The notes under the pieces were generated by a model. That model ran no database searches and was not told the origin of the DNA. It worked only from the letters and a program-made list of their open reading frames with translations. From NCBI GenBank assembly GCA_003512955.1, contig DOTG01000038.1, positions 334,455 through 398,454 of the forward strand: a stretch of DNA of 64,000 nucleotides, in the 5' to 3' direction. Positions 35,841 to 46,400 of the stretch are shown here, in pieces. Numbering within the stretch: position 1 is the first letter of the stretch; each line of letters starts with the position of its first letter. The DNA comes from Marinilabiliales bacterium. Lineage in GTDB: Bacteria > Bacteroidota > Bacteroidia > Bacteroidales > SZUA-534. The position numbers and the translations under genes are program-made.

Positions 35841-38800
35841 ATGAAAAGGTTTTATTTACTGTGGTTTGCTATTGGGTCTTTAGCTATCAGCCAGGCTCAA
35901 ATAAAACCTGAAAAAAAGATTGAAACCAAAGGACAGTATATTTATTGTATTGCATACAACCACGATGGCAGTTTTATTGCTTCGTCGGGCGATAAAAAAG
36001 AGGTAATTATTCATAAAACCGGAACCTACGAAGAAGTTGCCCACCTGAAGGGGTTAAAAGACATTCCGCTTTCGGTTTGCTTCTCGAATAACGGGAAACT
36101 AATTGCAGCCGGGGGAAAAGACAATAAAATTACAGTTTGGGATATTGCCTCACAGCAAGTAAGGTACATGATAAAAGCCCACGATGCCCAAGTGATGGAC
36201 CTGGCTTTTAGTCCCGACGATAAAACTCTGGCCTCAACCAGTTTAGACAAAGAGATAAAATTATGGGATGCCCAAACCGGTCAATTGGTTTCATCATTCA
36301 CAGGAAACAAAAAAGAGGTTACCTCACTGGATTTTTCTCCCGATGGGAGCCGACTGGTTTCAGGACATGCCGATGGAACCATTAAAATATGGGAAGTAAA
36401 AAAAGCATCCTTATACCTAAACATACCCGGCCATAAAGGGTGGGTTTTCAGTGTAGCCTTTAGCCCCGATGGCAGCCTTATCGCCTCGGGTGGCGAAGAC
36501 AAACAAATCCATCTTTGGGATGCCTATAGCGGCGAAAAACTGAACACCTTCCTAGGGCACCGAAAATGGGTACAAGGCGTGGCCTTTAGCCCCGACGGAA
36601 ACTATTTATTGAGCGGCAGCCACGACAACCACCTTATTCTCACCCATATAAAAACCGGAAAGATGGTTTTCCAATCAGAAAAACAGCCTAACTATATCTT
36701 GTCTATTGGATTTAACCCAAAAGGCACCAGCTTTGCCGCCGCCGCCCTTTATTCGGATATTTTGGAGATCTGGGATGCCAAAAGCCTGAACATAAAGGTA
36801 CTTGAAAAACAAGAAGCCCAAAAGGCGATGGCCTCAACAGGAATGGCCCCAAGCATTGAATGGCTGAATCCAAAAACAGGCGGATCTATTACCAACCCTT
36901 CGCTAAAAGTAACTGCAAAAATCACCTCAGAATCGAGCCTCCGGACGATCGACCTCCTTGTGAACGGAAAGGTTTTTGCCACCAAAGACCGTTCGGAATT
37001 AATGCTGGAATCGGCTGAAAAAACAAGTTTTACCTACGAGGAAAATATCATCTTGAGTGAGGGCAATAACGCCATTCAATTGAAAGCCAGAAACATTGCC
37101 GGCGAAAGCATGTCGCAGCCTTTGGACATTACCTTTTCATCAACTCCGGTTGTTTTATTAACCTGGACAGCGCCGCTAATGCCTGCTTCGCAGACCAATT
37201 TGCCCACATACAGCATCAGGGCTACCATCAACCCGCAAAAAACGGCACAAAAGGTAGATTTGATGGTAAACAATCAATGGGTTGCCAGCCAGAACTTCAC
37301 TGCCGAAGGAGGCATCATTAGCAAGCAAATCACATTAAAGGAAGGCGAAAACCGGGTATCTTTTAAAGTAGCCACCAACGAGTTTACCAAAGAAAGCGAA
37401 ACCCGGACGATCACGTATGCTGTGGCCGGGAAACCGACCATTGTCTTCCTCCAACCACAAAAAGATACATCCTGTTTCATTTCAGGAATAAGATTTAAAG
37501 CATCCGTCCAGTCACAAATCCCCATTGATTTTATTGAATTAAAAGTGAATGGATTGACCGTTTATTCCAAAAACCAGTTGCCCGACAATCACTTTACTAT
37601 CGACCAGCATCTGCAACTAACCCCGGGACAAAACAACATTACCATTACCGCACGGAACCAAGCAGGTGAAGTTACCTCGCCCACCCGGATGATTGCTTAC
37701 CAACTGCCTGAAAAAACCAATATCAGTTGGGTGTCCCCAAGTTCGGACATCGAAATTTTTGAACCTTTTGTGGATCTGCGTGCCTGCATCCAATCAAAAA
37801 GTGAGGTTTTAAAAATTGAGCTTTATTCCAACGATGCTTTGGTAGCTACCGAAAACCAGCCACAAAAAAATGGAACCGGGGAATGTACCATCGACTTTGC
37901 AAAAAAAATTCCGTTGTCATCGGGCACAAACAAGGTAAAAATAAGTGCAACCAATGCTGGTGGAATTACTCAATCGGAAGTCCGGCAAATCAATTATATA
38001 TTGCCTCAAGCAGCAGTGGTTCAATGGCAAAATCCAACGGCTTTCCAAGTAGCTACAAGCGAAAACTTCTTAAATATTTCTGTCTCCATAACTTCGAACA
38101 CGCAACTGGAAAGTATTGATTTGTTGCTGAATGGACAAGTTGTAGCCTCAACCCCATTCCCCAAGCCACTTACCGGAAGCAGTACGTATAGTTATCAGCA
38201 AAAAGCCCCACTAAATAAAGGCAGCAACGTGATCATGCTCAAAACCAAAAACAGGGCGGGCGAAGTGATGTCCACTCCTATCATTGCCGAATACAAGGCA
38301 TCGAATCCTTACCGGTTTGCGCTCATTATTGGGAATGAAGATTACAGCTCGTACCAAACCGGTTTAAATTCCGAATCGAATGTGGATTTTGCCAAAAAAG
38401 ATGCCCAGGATTTTAAACAACTTTGTATCGGCACCCTCAATGTTCAGGAGGAAAACATCATTTATTTGGAAGACGCCCGATATACCGAGATGATGAAATC
38501 GCTGAAAAAAATAAGCGGTATATTAAGTGTCACCCAAGGAAAAGCCGAAGTGTTTGTTTTTTACGCCGGGCATGGTTTCCCCGATGAGAAAACAAAAGAG
38601 CCCTATTTGGTCCCTGTGGATGGAAGCGGCACCGATTTGGATATTACAGGTGTGAAGCTGACTTATTTTTACGAGATGCTTACTTCCTTTCCTGCCCAAC
38701 GGATTACCGTGTTTTTGGACGCCTGTTTCAGTGGTGGCGCACGTAACCAAGGATTGGTAGCCGCTCGTGGGGTAAAAGTCATTCCCAAAGAAACTCCCGA

Positions 38801-39074
38801 GGCTGTAAAAAAGAACCTGGTGGTGTTTACCGCAAGTTCAGGGAACCAAACTTCGTTACCATATAAGGAAAAGCAGCATGGACTGTTTACCTATTTTTTA
38901 GTTCATAAACTGACCGAAACCAAAGGGGACATTACCTACGAGGAGCTTTCAAATTACCTGAAGGAACAGGTGTCTATTAAATCGGTGATGGTGAACAGCA
39001 AACAACAAGACCCGCAAACAAACGTAAGCCCGGAGGTAGAAGCCATTTGGCAGCAATGGAAGTTTAGCGAATAA
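35841..39074 (+). CDS. Exported WD40-repeat / Ig-like-repeat / caspase-like (peptidase C14) protein
   Basis: The ATG at 35841 gives the signal peptide MKRFYLLWFAIGSLAISQAQ. About 7-8 WD40 units follow (..FSPDG..LASGG.D..I.LWD..), then five ~95-aa Ig-like repeats. The C-terminal domain carries IIGNEDY, YAGHG (His) and FLDACFSGG (Cys). Confidence 0.85.
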   Translation: MKRFYLLWFAIGSLAISQAQIKPEKKIETKGQYIYCIAYNHDGSFIASSGDKKEVIIHKTGTYEEVAHLKGLKDIPLSVCFSNNGKLIAAGGKDNKITVWDIASQQVRYMIKAHDAQVMDLAFSPDDKTLASTSLDKEIKLWDAQTGQLVSSFTGNKKEVTSLDFSPDGSRLVSGHADGTIKIWEVKKASLYLNIPGHKGWVFSVAFSPDGSLIASGGEDKQIHLWDAYSGEKLNTFLGHRKWVQGVAFSPDGNYLLSGSHDNHLILTHIKTGKMVFQSEKQPNYILSIGFNPKGTSFAAAALYSDILEIWDAKSLNIKVLEKQEAQKAMASTGMAPSIEWLNPKTGGSITNPSLKVTAKITSESSLRTIDLLVNGKVFATKDRSELMLESAEKTSFTYEENIILSEGNNAIQLKARNIAGESMSQPLDITFSSTPVVLLTWTAPLMPASQTNLPTYSIRATINPQKTAQKVDLMVNNQWVASQNFTAEGGIISKQITLKEGENRVSFKVATNEFTKESETRTITYAVAGKPTIVFLQPQKDTSCFISGIRFKASVQSQIPIDFIELKVNGLTVYSKNQLPDNHFTIDQHLQLTPGQNNITITARNQAGEVTSPTRMIAYQLPEKTNISWVSPSSDIEIFEPFVDLRACIQSKSEVLKIELYSNDALVATENQPQKNGTGECTIDFAKKIPLSSGTNKVKISATNAGGITQSEVRQINYILPQAAVVQWQNPTAFQVATSENFLNISVSITSNTQLESIDLLLNGQVVASTPFPKPLTGSSTYSYQQKAPLNKGSNVIMLKTKNRAGEVMSTPIIAEYKASNPYRFALIIGNEDYSSYQTGLNSESNVDFAKKDAQDFKQLCIGTLNVQEENIIYLEDARYTEMMKSLKKISGILSVTQGKAEVFVFYAGHGFPDEKTKEPYLVPVDGSGTDLDITGVKLTYFYEMLTSFPAQRITVFLDACFSGGARNQGLVAARGVKVIPKETPEAVKKNLVVFTASSGNQTSLPYKEKQHGLFTYFLVHKLTETKGDITYEELSNYLKEQVSIKSVMVNSKQQDPQTNVSPEVEAIWQQWKFSE

Positions 39075-39096
39075 AATTGTTGAATAATTAAACGAT

Positions 39097-39226
39097 GAGT
39101 GTACTCCGAAAAGTAGAAAAACTCGAAATTAGTCATCCGATGAATTCATAATTAGCTGATTAACTGACCATATTTATTTGAAATTGTAGCAAAAACATTT
39201 ATCGGATAACTTTTCGGAGTAGATTC
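39097..39226. mobile_element. MITE-like 130-bp element with 18-bp imperfect terminal inverted repeats flanked by AACGAT direct repeats
   Basis: The left end is GAGTGTACTCCGAAAAGT and the right end in reverse complement is GAATCTACTCCGAAAAGT (16/18 matches, 13 of them contiguous). AACGAT occurs at 39091..39096 and 39227..39232. The element has no ORF. Confidence 0.45.
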
Positions 39227-39319
39227 AACGATGTTTTGATGGGAAAAACTGTTAAAGCATCGTTTTGTTTTAAAAGTTTTAATACTATTTTTGAAGCAGA
39301 TACACCAAAATCCACTACT

Positions 39320-42115
39320 ATGATTGGAAATAAATTCTTTGCAGCCATTCCGTTTCTATTTGTATTGACTCTAGCTGTTCAAGCACAAACCCTTGAAGAA
39401 ATTGAGAAAAAAGCGTTTGACACTTACAATGCGAAAGACTATACCACTTCTAAAATATTGTTCCAGAAATTACTCAACCAGGGGAAAAAAGAAGGTTATA
39501 TTTATTGGAACATCGCTCTATGCAGCTCCTTTTTAGAAGAATATGACTTTTCGAACGAAAATTACCAATTAGCCATTCCTTTTTATCAAGGCGATAATGA
39601 AAACCTGGGGACTTTGTATGCCAACATTGCCGATAACTATTCGTCGTTAAAAAAACAGGAACAGGCATTAACCTGGTATGATAAAGCCATATCGCTCGAT
39701 ACCAAATACAAAGGAAAATACCTCTGGAACAAAGGTTCGGTATATTTTGTAATGGACAAATTAACCGAGGCTAACGATTACTACAAACAGGCCATTCCTT
39801 TTTATTCCGACAAAATTGAATCGCAAGCCCGGTTATATAAGTATATTGGGGATAACTACAAAACACTCGCAGATTACCAAAACGCCATTGAATCGTACAA
39901 CAAAGGAATAGCATTAAACCCGGAAGAGGTGGGCGACATTTATTGGGACAGGGGAATTGCTTACTACTGGCTCCAAAATTACAGTGGAGCCATTGGTTCG
40001 TATCAAAGTGCGCTGTCGTACTATACGGCCGATGAATCAAAAGCAACCCTTTACAGCAACATCGCCGGCTGCTATAACAAGATGGATGATAAGACGGATG
40101 CCATTCAATATTACGAAAAAGCCATTGCGCTAAACACCGAAAAAAGCGGTTCATACTTATGGAGCTTGGCCGGCATTTTATCTGATCAAAAAAAATATGA
40201 CGAAGCCATTAATAACTATTTAAAAGCCACTTCCTATTATAATGACGATCCTGAAAACGTTGCATCACTGTACAGTAATATTGCAAATAATTATACAAAC
40301 TTAAAAGAATATGATAAAGCCATTGAAAATTACACCTCGTCTATTTCAAAAAGCCCTGATAATTCTAAGTATTTATATTACCGTGGAAAAGCCAACTATA
40401 TCTATTTAAACAACCAAGCTGCGGCTAAACCCGATTTTTTAAAGACTATTGAAATGGAGAAGGGCCGGGAAACTATTTATACCGCTTATGCCAAAGGTTT
40501 TTTGGGCGATAAAGAGGGAGCCATTTATTTAATGAACAAACTGGAAACCCAAATGAAGGAGCCATGGGAAAAAAGTACACATTTTTACAATTATGCCTGC
40601 CTGTACGCCCTTCTTTCCGATGAATCCAATGCCATTGCTTATTTAGACAAGGCTATAACCGAAGGCTACTCAAACTACGATTGGATACTCAAAGATGATG
40701 ACTTCAATTTTATCAAATACAAAAAAAGTTTTAAAAACCTGATGGAAAAACACAACATACCCTTCACGATTGAAATGCCGTCGGTGGAAGAATTAATTAC
40801 CAACGAAGTACGGTCGGTACTCAATGTCTGGTTGGTAAAAGGGGAATTCGAGACCAGTGCCCAGTATCAGGAGCGTATTAAAAACACGGATCAAAAGATT
40901 AAAGAAATCCAAAATAAAGTCACTCAGAAGTTGATGAAAGAGGAGTTGGATGCCATTAATTTTAAAGATTTTTTCCTTGGAAGGTATGATGCCGATCGCC
41001 AGGCATTTCAACTGAATTACCCCAACATGGAACCCATAGCTGTAGAGGTTCCCATTGCCGAAGCCCCTTCGTTTAAAGAGAATGTGGCAAAACTGGAATT
41101 TTCAGGACAAAAAATGGTGGTCAGTCAGAATAAATGGGTATTAAGTTATTTGAAAATCAAAAATCCGGTAACCCTAAAAATTTACGCGTTCGACATTACC
41201 AAACAGCCCGATTATGATCCTTCGAACCTTTTTGCCTTAAATGTGGGCGACCTGAATTTGGATGTAGATAAGAATTTAGCCACAAAACCGTCAAGCAAGC
41301 AGGAAGTTACCAAAGCCAATATTTATTCCATTCCCGATATTGATAAAGAGATACCCATTAACCCAACAAAAGATGAGAATTCGTTTGCCTTGGTCATTGG
41401 GAACGAAAATTACGTGAATGAAATTAAAGTTCCCTTTGCCCATAACGATGCAGGTTCGTTTAAAAATTATGCCGAAAAAGTGTTAGGCATCCCGGCAAAC
41501 CACATCCATTTTGCCAAAGATGCCACCTATGGCCAAATGCTTACCGAACTGGAATGGCTCGCCAATGTAATAAAAGCCTACAACGGAAAAGCTAAAGTAT
41601 TTGTGTATTATGCAGGCCATGGTATGCCCGACGAAAATAGCGGTACCGCCTATATCCTGCCGGTTGACGGTAACTCCACTATAAGTAAGACCGCCGTAAA
41701 ACTGGACGAAATGTATAGCATGTTATCGCAATTACCAGCCGAAAAGATCACCGTGTTTTTAGACGCCTGTTTTAGTGGAGCCGCCCGCAGTGGCGATTTG
41801 GCCAAAGGACGTGGGGTGAAAATAAAACCAAAAGAAAATGTGGTTAATGGCAATCTGGTAATTTTTTCGGCCACTTCGGGGAACGAAACCGCTTTTCCTT
41901 ACGCCGAAATGCAGCATGGCCTGTTCACCTATTATCTATTGAAAAAGATTAAGGACACCAATGGTTTGGTTAATTACCAGGAATTGGCTGCCCACCTGAG
42001 TACAACCGTGTATCAACAAGCAGTGGTTATCAACAACAAACCCCAAACGCCTACGGTTGTTGCAAGCCCGGTGCTGGGGGAAAGCTGGAAGGATTTTCAA
42101 TTATCGGGGAAATAA
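39320..42115 (+). CDS. Exported TPR-repeat / caspase-like (peptidase C14) protein
   Basis: The ATG at 39320 gives the signal peptide MIGNKFFAAIPFLFVLTLAVQAQ. About 430 aa of TPR-like repeats follow (...Y.NIA..Y..L..Y..AI..Y.KAI.L.P...). The C-terminal domain has VIGNENY, YAGHG and FLDACFSGA and is a paralogue of the upstream gene's C-terminus. Confidence 0.85.
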   Translation: MIGNKFFAAIPFLFVLTLAVQAQTLEEIEKKAFDTYNAKDYTTSKILFQKLLNQGKKEGYIYWNIALCSSFLEEYDFSNENYQLAIPFYQGDNENLGTLYANIADNYSSLKKQEQALTWYDKAISLDTKYKGKYLWNKGSVYFVMDKLTEANDYYKQAIPFYSDKIESQARLYKYIGDNYKTLADYQNAIESYNKGIALNPEEVGDIYWDRGIAYYWLQNYSGAIGSYQSALSYYTADESKATLYSNIAGCYNKMDDKTDAIQYYEKAIALNTEKSGSYLWSLAGILSDQKKYDEAINNYLKATSYYNDDPENVASLYSNIANNYTNLKEYDKAIENYTSSISKSPDNSKYLYYRGKANYIYLNNQAAAKPDFLKTIEMEKGRETIYTAYAKGFLGDKEGAIYLMNKLETQMKEPWEKSTHFYNYACLYALLSDESNAIAYLDKAITEGYSNYDWILKDDDFNFIKYKKSFKNLMEKHNIPFTIEMPSVEELITNEVRSVLNVWLVKGEFETSAQYQERIKNTDQKIKEIQNKVTQKLMKEELDAINFKDFFLGRYDADRQAFQLNYPNMEPIAVEVPIAEAPSFKENVAKLEFSGQKMVVSQNKWVLSYLKIKNPVTLKIYAFDITKQPDYDPSNLFALNVGDLNLDVDKNLATKPSSKQEVTKANIYSIPDIDKEIPINPTKDENSFALVIGNENYVNEIKVPFAHNDAGSFKNYAEKVLGIPANHIHFAKDATYGQMLTELEWLANVIKAYNGKAKVFVYYAGHGMPDENSGTAYILPVDGNSTISKTAVKLDEMYSMLSQLPAEKITVFLDACFSGAARSGDLAKGRGVKIKPKENVVNGNLVIFSATSGNETAFPYAEMQHGLFTYYLLKKIKDTNGLVNYQELAAHLSTTVYQQAVVINNKPQTPTVVASPVLGESWKDFQLSGK

Positions 42116-42225
42116 CCCGGAAAATACAGATTATGATTTGGATGATTTTTCAATTTTAAAATTCAACTTGACCTTTCAAGAAATTTAAGAATAATGGAAA
42201 TAAATTATAGAACCAATTTTCCATC

Positions 42226-43419
42226 TTAAACTTTATTCAGCGCATCCACAGCCAAACAGGCCATTACCTGCATCCCGGTTTCAATAGCTTTTTCGTTGGC
42301 AATAAATTTGGGCGAATGCAATCCGGCAGCAGCTTCTCCATTCTTTTCGGCCACGCCCAACCTGTAAAAGCAGGCCGGGTATTTCTGGGCAAACCACCCA
42401 AAATCTTCTGCGGTCATCCGGATATCCAAAGCATGCACCTGTGTTTTGCCTAACAATTCTGTGGCAGCTTTTATGGCTTTTTCAGTAACTCCGGGGCTGT
42501 TGTACACCGATGGAAACCCAATCTGGATATCAACCTCAGCATTTCCTTCCATACCTTCGGCCACCGAATGGGCAAGTTTCCGTATTTTATCGTGAGCCAC
42601 GTAGCGCCACTGTTCATCCATGGTACGGAAAGTCCCTTCCAACCGGACTGTTTCAGGAATAATGTTCATGGCGCTGTTGCAAACAATGTTCCCGAACGAA
42701 AGCACCGCCGGCACCTGTGCAGGAACAATGCGGCTGACAACCTGCTGTAAACTGACCACTGTTTGTGCCGCCATTAAAACCGTATCGATGGTTTTATGAG
42801 GTAAGGCGGCATGCCCGCCTTTTCCTTTCAGGGTGATGTAAATTTCGTCGGAAGAAGCCATGTATTGTCCGGGACGGAAACCCACATGCCCGGCGGGTAG
42901 TTCAGGATACACATGTTGGCCGATGATTAAATCGGGAGTATGTTCTGAAAAAACACCATCTTCGAGCATCAGTTTGGCCCCACCCGGGATTTTTTCTTCG
43001 CCGGGCTGAAAAACCAATACTATTTTTCCGCTCCAATGGCTTTTAAGTTCATTTAAAATTTTGGCAGCCCCCAGCAAACAAGCGGTATGAATATCATGTC
43101 CGCATGCGTGCATCGCCCCAACATTCACCGATCTGTAAGGAAGGTCGTTTTCTTCGGTAATAGGCAACGCATCCATATCGGCACGTAAAGCCACTGTTTT
43201 TCCGGCTCCTTTTTCACCCTGAATAACTCCCAAAATTCCAAACCCGCCAATTCCGGTTTTATGGCTGATTCCCCATCCGTTGAGTTTTGAAGAAACAAAA
43301 GCTGCAGTTTCTTTCTCCTGGAACGAAAGCTCGGGATGCGCATGAATGTGCCTGCGGATGGCAACTATTTCGGAGAAATACTGTTGCGATAATTCGGTAA
43401 TTTTTGCCTGTAACATCAT
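42226..43419 (-). CDS. M20-family amidohydrolase (N-acyl-amino-acid amidohydrolase/hippuricase type)
   Basis: 397 aa with IRRHIHAHPELSFQE, LRADMDALP, HACGHD and ...QPGEE. Confidence 0.88.
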   Translation of the reverse strand: MMLQAKITELSQQYFSEIVAIRRHIHAHPELSFQEKETAAFVSSKLNGWGISHKTGIGGFGILGVIQGEKGAGKTVALRADMDALPITEENDLPYRSVNVGAMHACGHDIHTACLLGAAKILNELKSHWSGKIVLVFQPGEEKIPGGAKLMLEDGVFSEHTPDLIIGQHVYPELPAGHVGFRPGQYMASSDEIYITLKGKGGHAALPHKTIDTVLMAAQTVVSLQQVVSRIVPAQVPAVLSFGNIVCNSAMNIIPETVRLEGTFRTMDEQWRYVAHDKIRKLAHSVAEGMEGNAEVDIQIGFPSVYNSPGVTEKAIKAATELLGKTQVHALDIRMTAEDFGWFAQKYPACFYRLGVAEKNGEAAAGLHSPKFIANEKAIETGMQVMACLAVDALNKV

Positions 43420-43428
43420 AAACTGAAT

Positions 43429-46400
43429 TTAAAAGTCGGTACAAAGTGATAAATAAAACACCCGGGGTAAAACCCTTCCGCCATCAATTCCCCAAGCCCA
43501 ATCGGTGCGGATATAGTAGCCCAAAAAACGGGAACGCAACCCAAAACCTACACCGGCTACCAATGGATAATGTTTCTGATCGATAACCACTCTTATAGGT
43601 TTTGATTGATTTAGTTCTTCATAATCGTAAGCATTTCGGGCATTAATCGGGTTCCAGCCTTCCCAGGCAGAACCAATATCGGTAAAACCAATCACCATAA
43701 AGTTATTAAAAAAATCGCTGCTAATAGGCCGGTTAAAAACATAACGGATGATGGGCCACCGGAGCTCAAAATTGGTTACGGCAAAGCTATTGCCGTTGCG
43801 TACATTTTGTACAAACCCCCGCATGTTTGTGGCCACAGCCTGATAGGCCCAATTCTTTTCTGTATTGATATTTACCGATTGGTCGAACGTCGGGGTATTG
43901 TTTGAAAAATTCATCCAGTTATCTACGCCCCCCAGGTAATAGATCAGCAAAGAGTTCCCAAACGAGGTACTCCAGGCCAGGCGGCTGGCAAACACCAAAT
44001 CGCGGTGAATGGGAAGATAGTTCCTTACATCGGCACCAACCACAAACAGATGCGAGTTGTACCCGGAGCCCAACTGGTTGTAATATTCGCCAAAGAACTT
44101 CATCCGGCTCCCATCCCAGAGATTTAAGCCCAGCCCCCGGACATTATCTACAATAAATTCCGATTTGAGGCCTGCCCAGATTTTATGATCATTGGACTGC
44201 TTAAGTGAATTCGCATCTATTGATTTATATACCTGTTCGTCGTAGCGCAACGAGGCCGTGGTGCGTAAAGCATGTATCTGCGAGAAGGGGTATTTATACA
44301 CTGCCATCAGTTCGTTCGTGAAGATTTTTGAAAACGACGATTCCGTAAGGCTTTCAAACACCTGCCGGTGATAGATGTATTGCTTGTCGAGCCTGTTTTT
44401 GAGGTTCTCGACGCTCACCAGATATTCGTTCGATTCAAAATCAACCGAAAAACGGATACCCCCGGTAATTTTATAGTCCTCGAACAGATCATTGGCCCCA
44501 ATTTTCATCAGCACGTTAAAACCCGGGTTGAAATAAAAGGCACTTCCTGTAAAGGCTTGATAGCTTTGATTCATGAAACCAAAATCAACTTGCGTAACCA
44601 AAAGGTTCGAATAGAAATTGGTAAAATACACCAACTGTTTGGGCAAGGCAAAAACTTTTGGTTTTTCCTCGTCGGGGGTGAATTTCAGGGCCTGTTTCTC
44701 AATCTCAAACACATAATTGTTGATATCAATCAAAGTGTCGCTGAGCCAGGCCGGGAGCTCCTCAACCACCAATGAGTCAGGTTCGTTCCGGGCTTCAGGG
44801 TTGCGCATCAAACTATCCAACTGGTACTGCTCATCGTGGTAATTGCGGAACCAGGTTTCCGGAACCACCGTATTTGATGATACCAGATCGGGGCTCCAAT
44901 CGTAATTTATGAGCGAGTAACGCTTAACCTCCTTCGAGGCATCGGCAAAAGAATGTGTAACCCGGTTATAGTCGAATCCCTGGATGCTAAAAGCCCGGTT
45001 GGTGATGGTCGCGCGGTTGGTAAAAATCCGGTAATGGATAGAGGTGTCAATAAAACTTATGGTACTGTCAAAAGCTGCAAACCCCTTGTTGACAATTCCA
45101 TTTTGATCCGACAGGAAAAAAAACTGTTGCCTTTTAAATTCTTTGGGGGCCCATTCGTCCACGTTCCAGGTATCTGTTAACCGTTGGAGTTCTTGCGTGG
45201 GTTCGGAGGTATTGTAAACAAAAAGGTCGAAATTGTTCTGTATTTCGGGTTTTGCCTCTTTATTATTATTCAATAGATTGGTTTTCCGGTTCGATGCAAA
45301 AATGATTTTAGAAGAGCCTTCGGAAAAACCGGGATTCAAATCATCGGTCAGGTCATTGGTGATGCGGTTAAAGGTGCTGGCTGCCAGTGAATAGGTAAAA
45401 ATATCGGTAAACCCATCAATCACACCAGACATGACCAATTGCTGTCCATCGGGGGAGTAACTGTAATCGAGCACTTTATCGAGGTAAAACAACTCCCGGT
45501 GAACTGTTTCGCCGGTTTCGAGGGTGTAAAAATCGAGCCAGATAAGGCCTTTCCGTTCATAAATATAGGTAAGTACCTTACCTGTGGGGTGCCAAGCCAG
45601 TAACGGATAGGAGTAATCGGTTATCTGTTCCAGTTTGTTTTCGCGCCTGAGTATTTTTTTAGTTCTCCGGGTTTGCGTATTATATAGCCAAATGGCGTAT
45701 TGTCCATCCTGGTTGGTGACATAAGAAATATAGGTCCCATCGGGCGACATTTTTACCTGTTGGTACACCTTTTTCCGGTTGGGCCTTTTAACTATTTTTA
45801 CTGAACCCCCGGGATGTTCCTCTTTCTGTTTCTGTTCTTCGGTATAGCGAGCCTGGTGGTAATAAAACCAATCGCTTAAAGCTTCTTTAAGGGGCATACC
45901 AAGCACATATAAAAAACCCGATTCCACGCTTTTCGAAATCCGGGTCATATATACAATTTGCGGAACAATTTCAGGTCCATAGGTTTCGGCCAAATAACGC
46001 CAAAAAGCATGTCCGGCAATTTTCGCATTATCGCCATGCATCCGGTGGATTTTTTGTACTTTACCCTCAAGGATGGCATTTTTTATTTTTGCTTCGGTTT
46101 CAAAATCAAGGTCATAAGCCATATACGAGATTAGCCCGGGGGTAAACCATTCCGGAAGGTTCAACATGGTTGACGATGATACCCTATCACGGAAACTGCC
46201 GCCATAAAGCATCTCATTGATAAGGATTTCGGTAATGGAAGCCCGGATTTGGCGTTTGAGTTTGACATGGTCGCCCTCGTAATACAAAAAGACCTTGTTG
46301 TCAATAATCCGGGTAACCCCGCCAATGTTGTAATCTTCGGCACCTGTAACCAGGCCAATGTTGCTTTGCCGGAATTCGCTCTGTTTGTTATATACAATAA

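Noticed and set aside
39236-39319. 28-codon extension of the TPR-caspase ORF
   Set aside because: It starts just after the MITE-like element and has no signal-peptide character. The ATG at 39320 gives MIGNKFFAAIPFLFVLTLAVQAQ.
35841-42115. Whether the caspase-like pair is a cytoplasmic STAND-type or phage-defence protease module
   Set aside because: Both proteins start with Sec signal peptides and lack any NTPase, cyclase, nuclease or TIR-type partner domain. I therefore report them as an envelope-located module of unknown role rather than as a defence system.
44368-44775. 135-aa plus-strand ORF
   Set aside because: It is an antisense shadow ORF inside the 1085-aa gene and has no motif.
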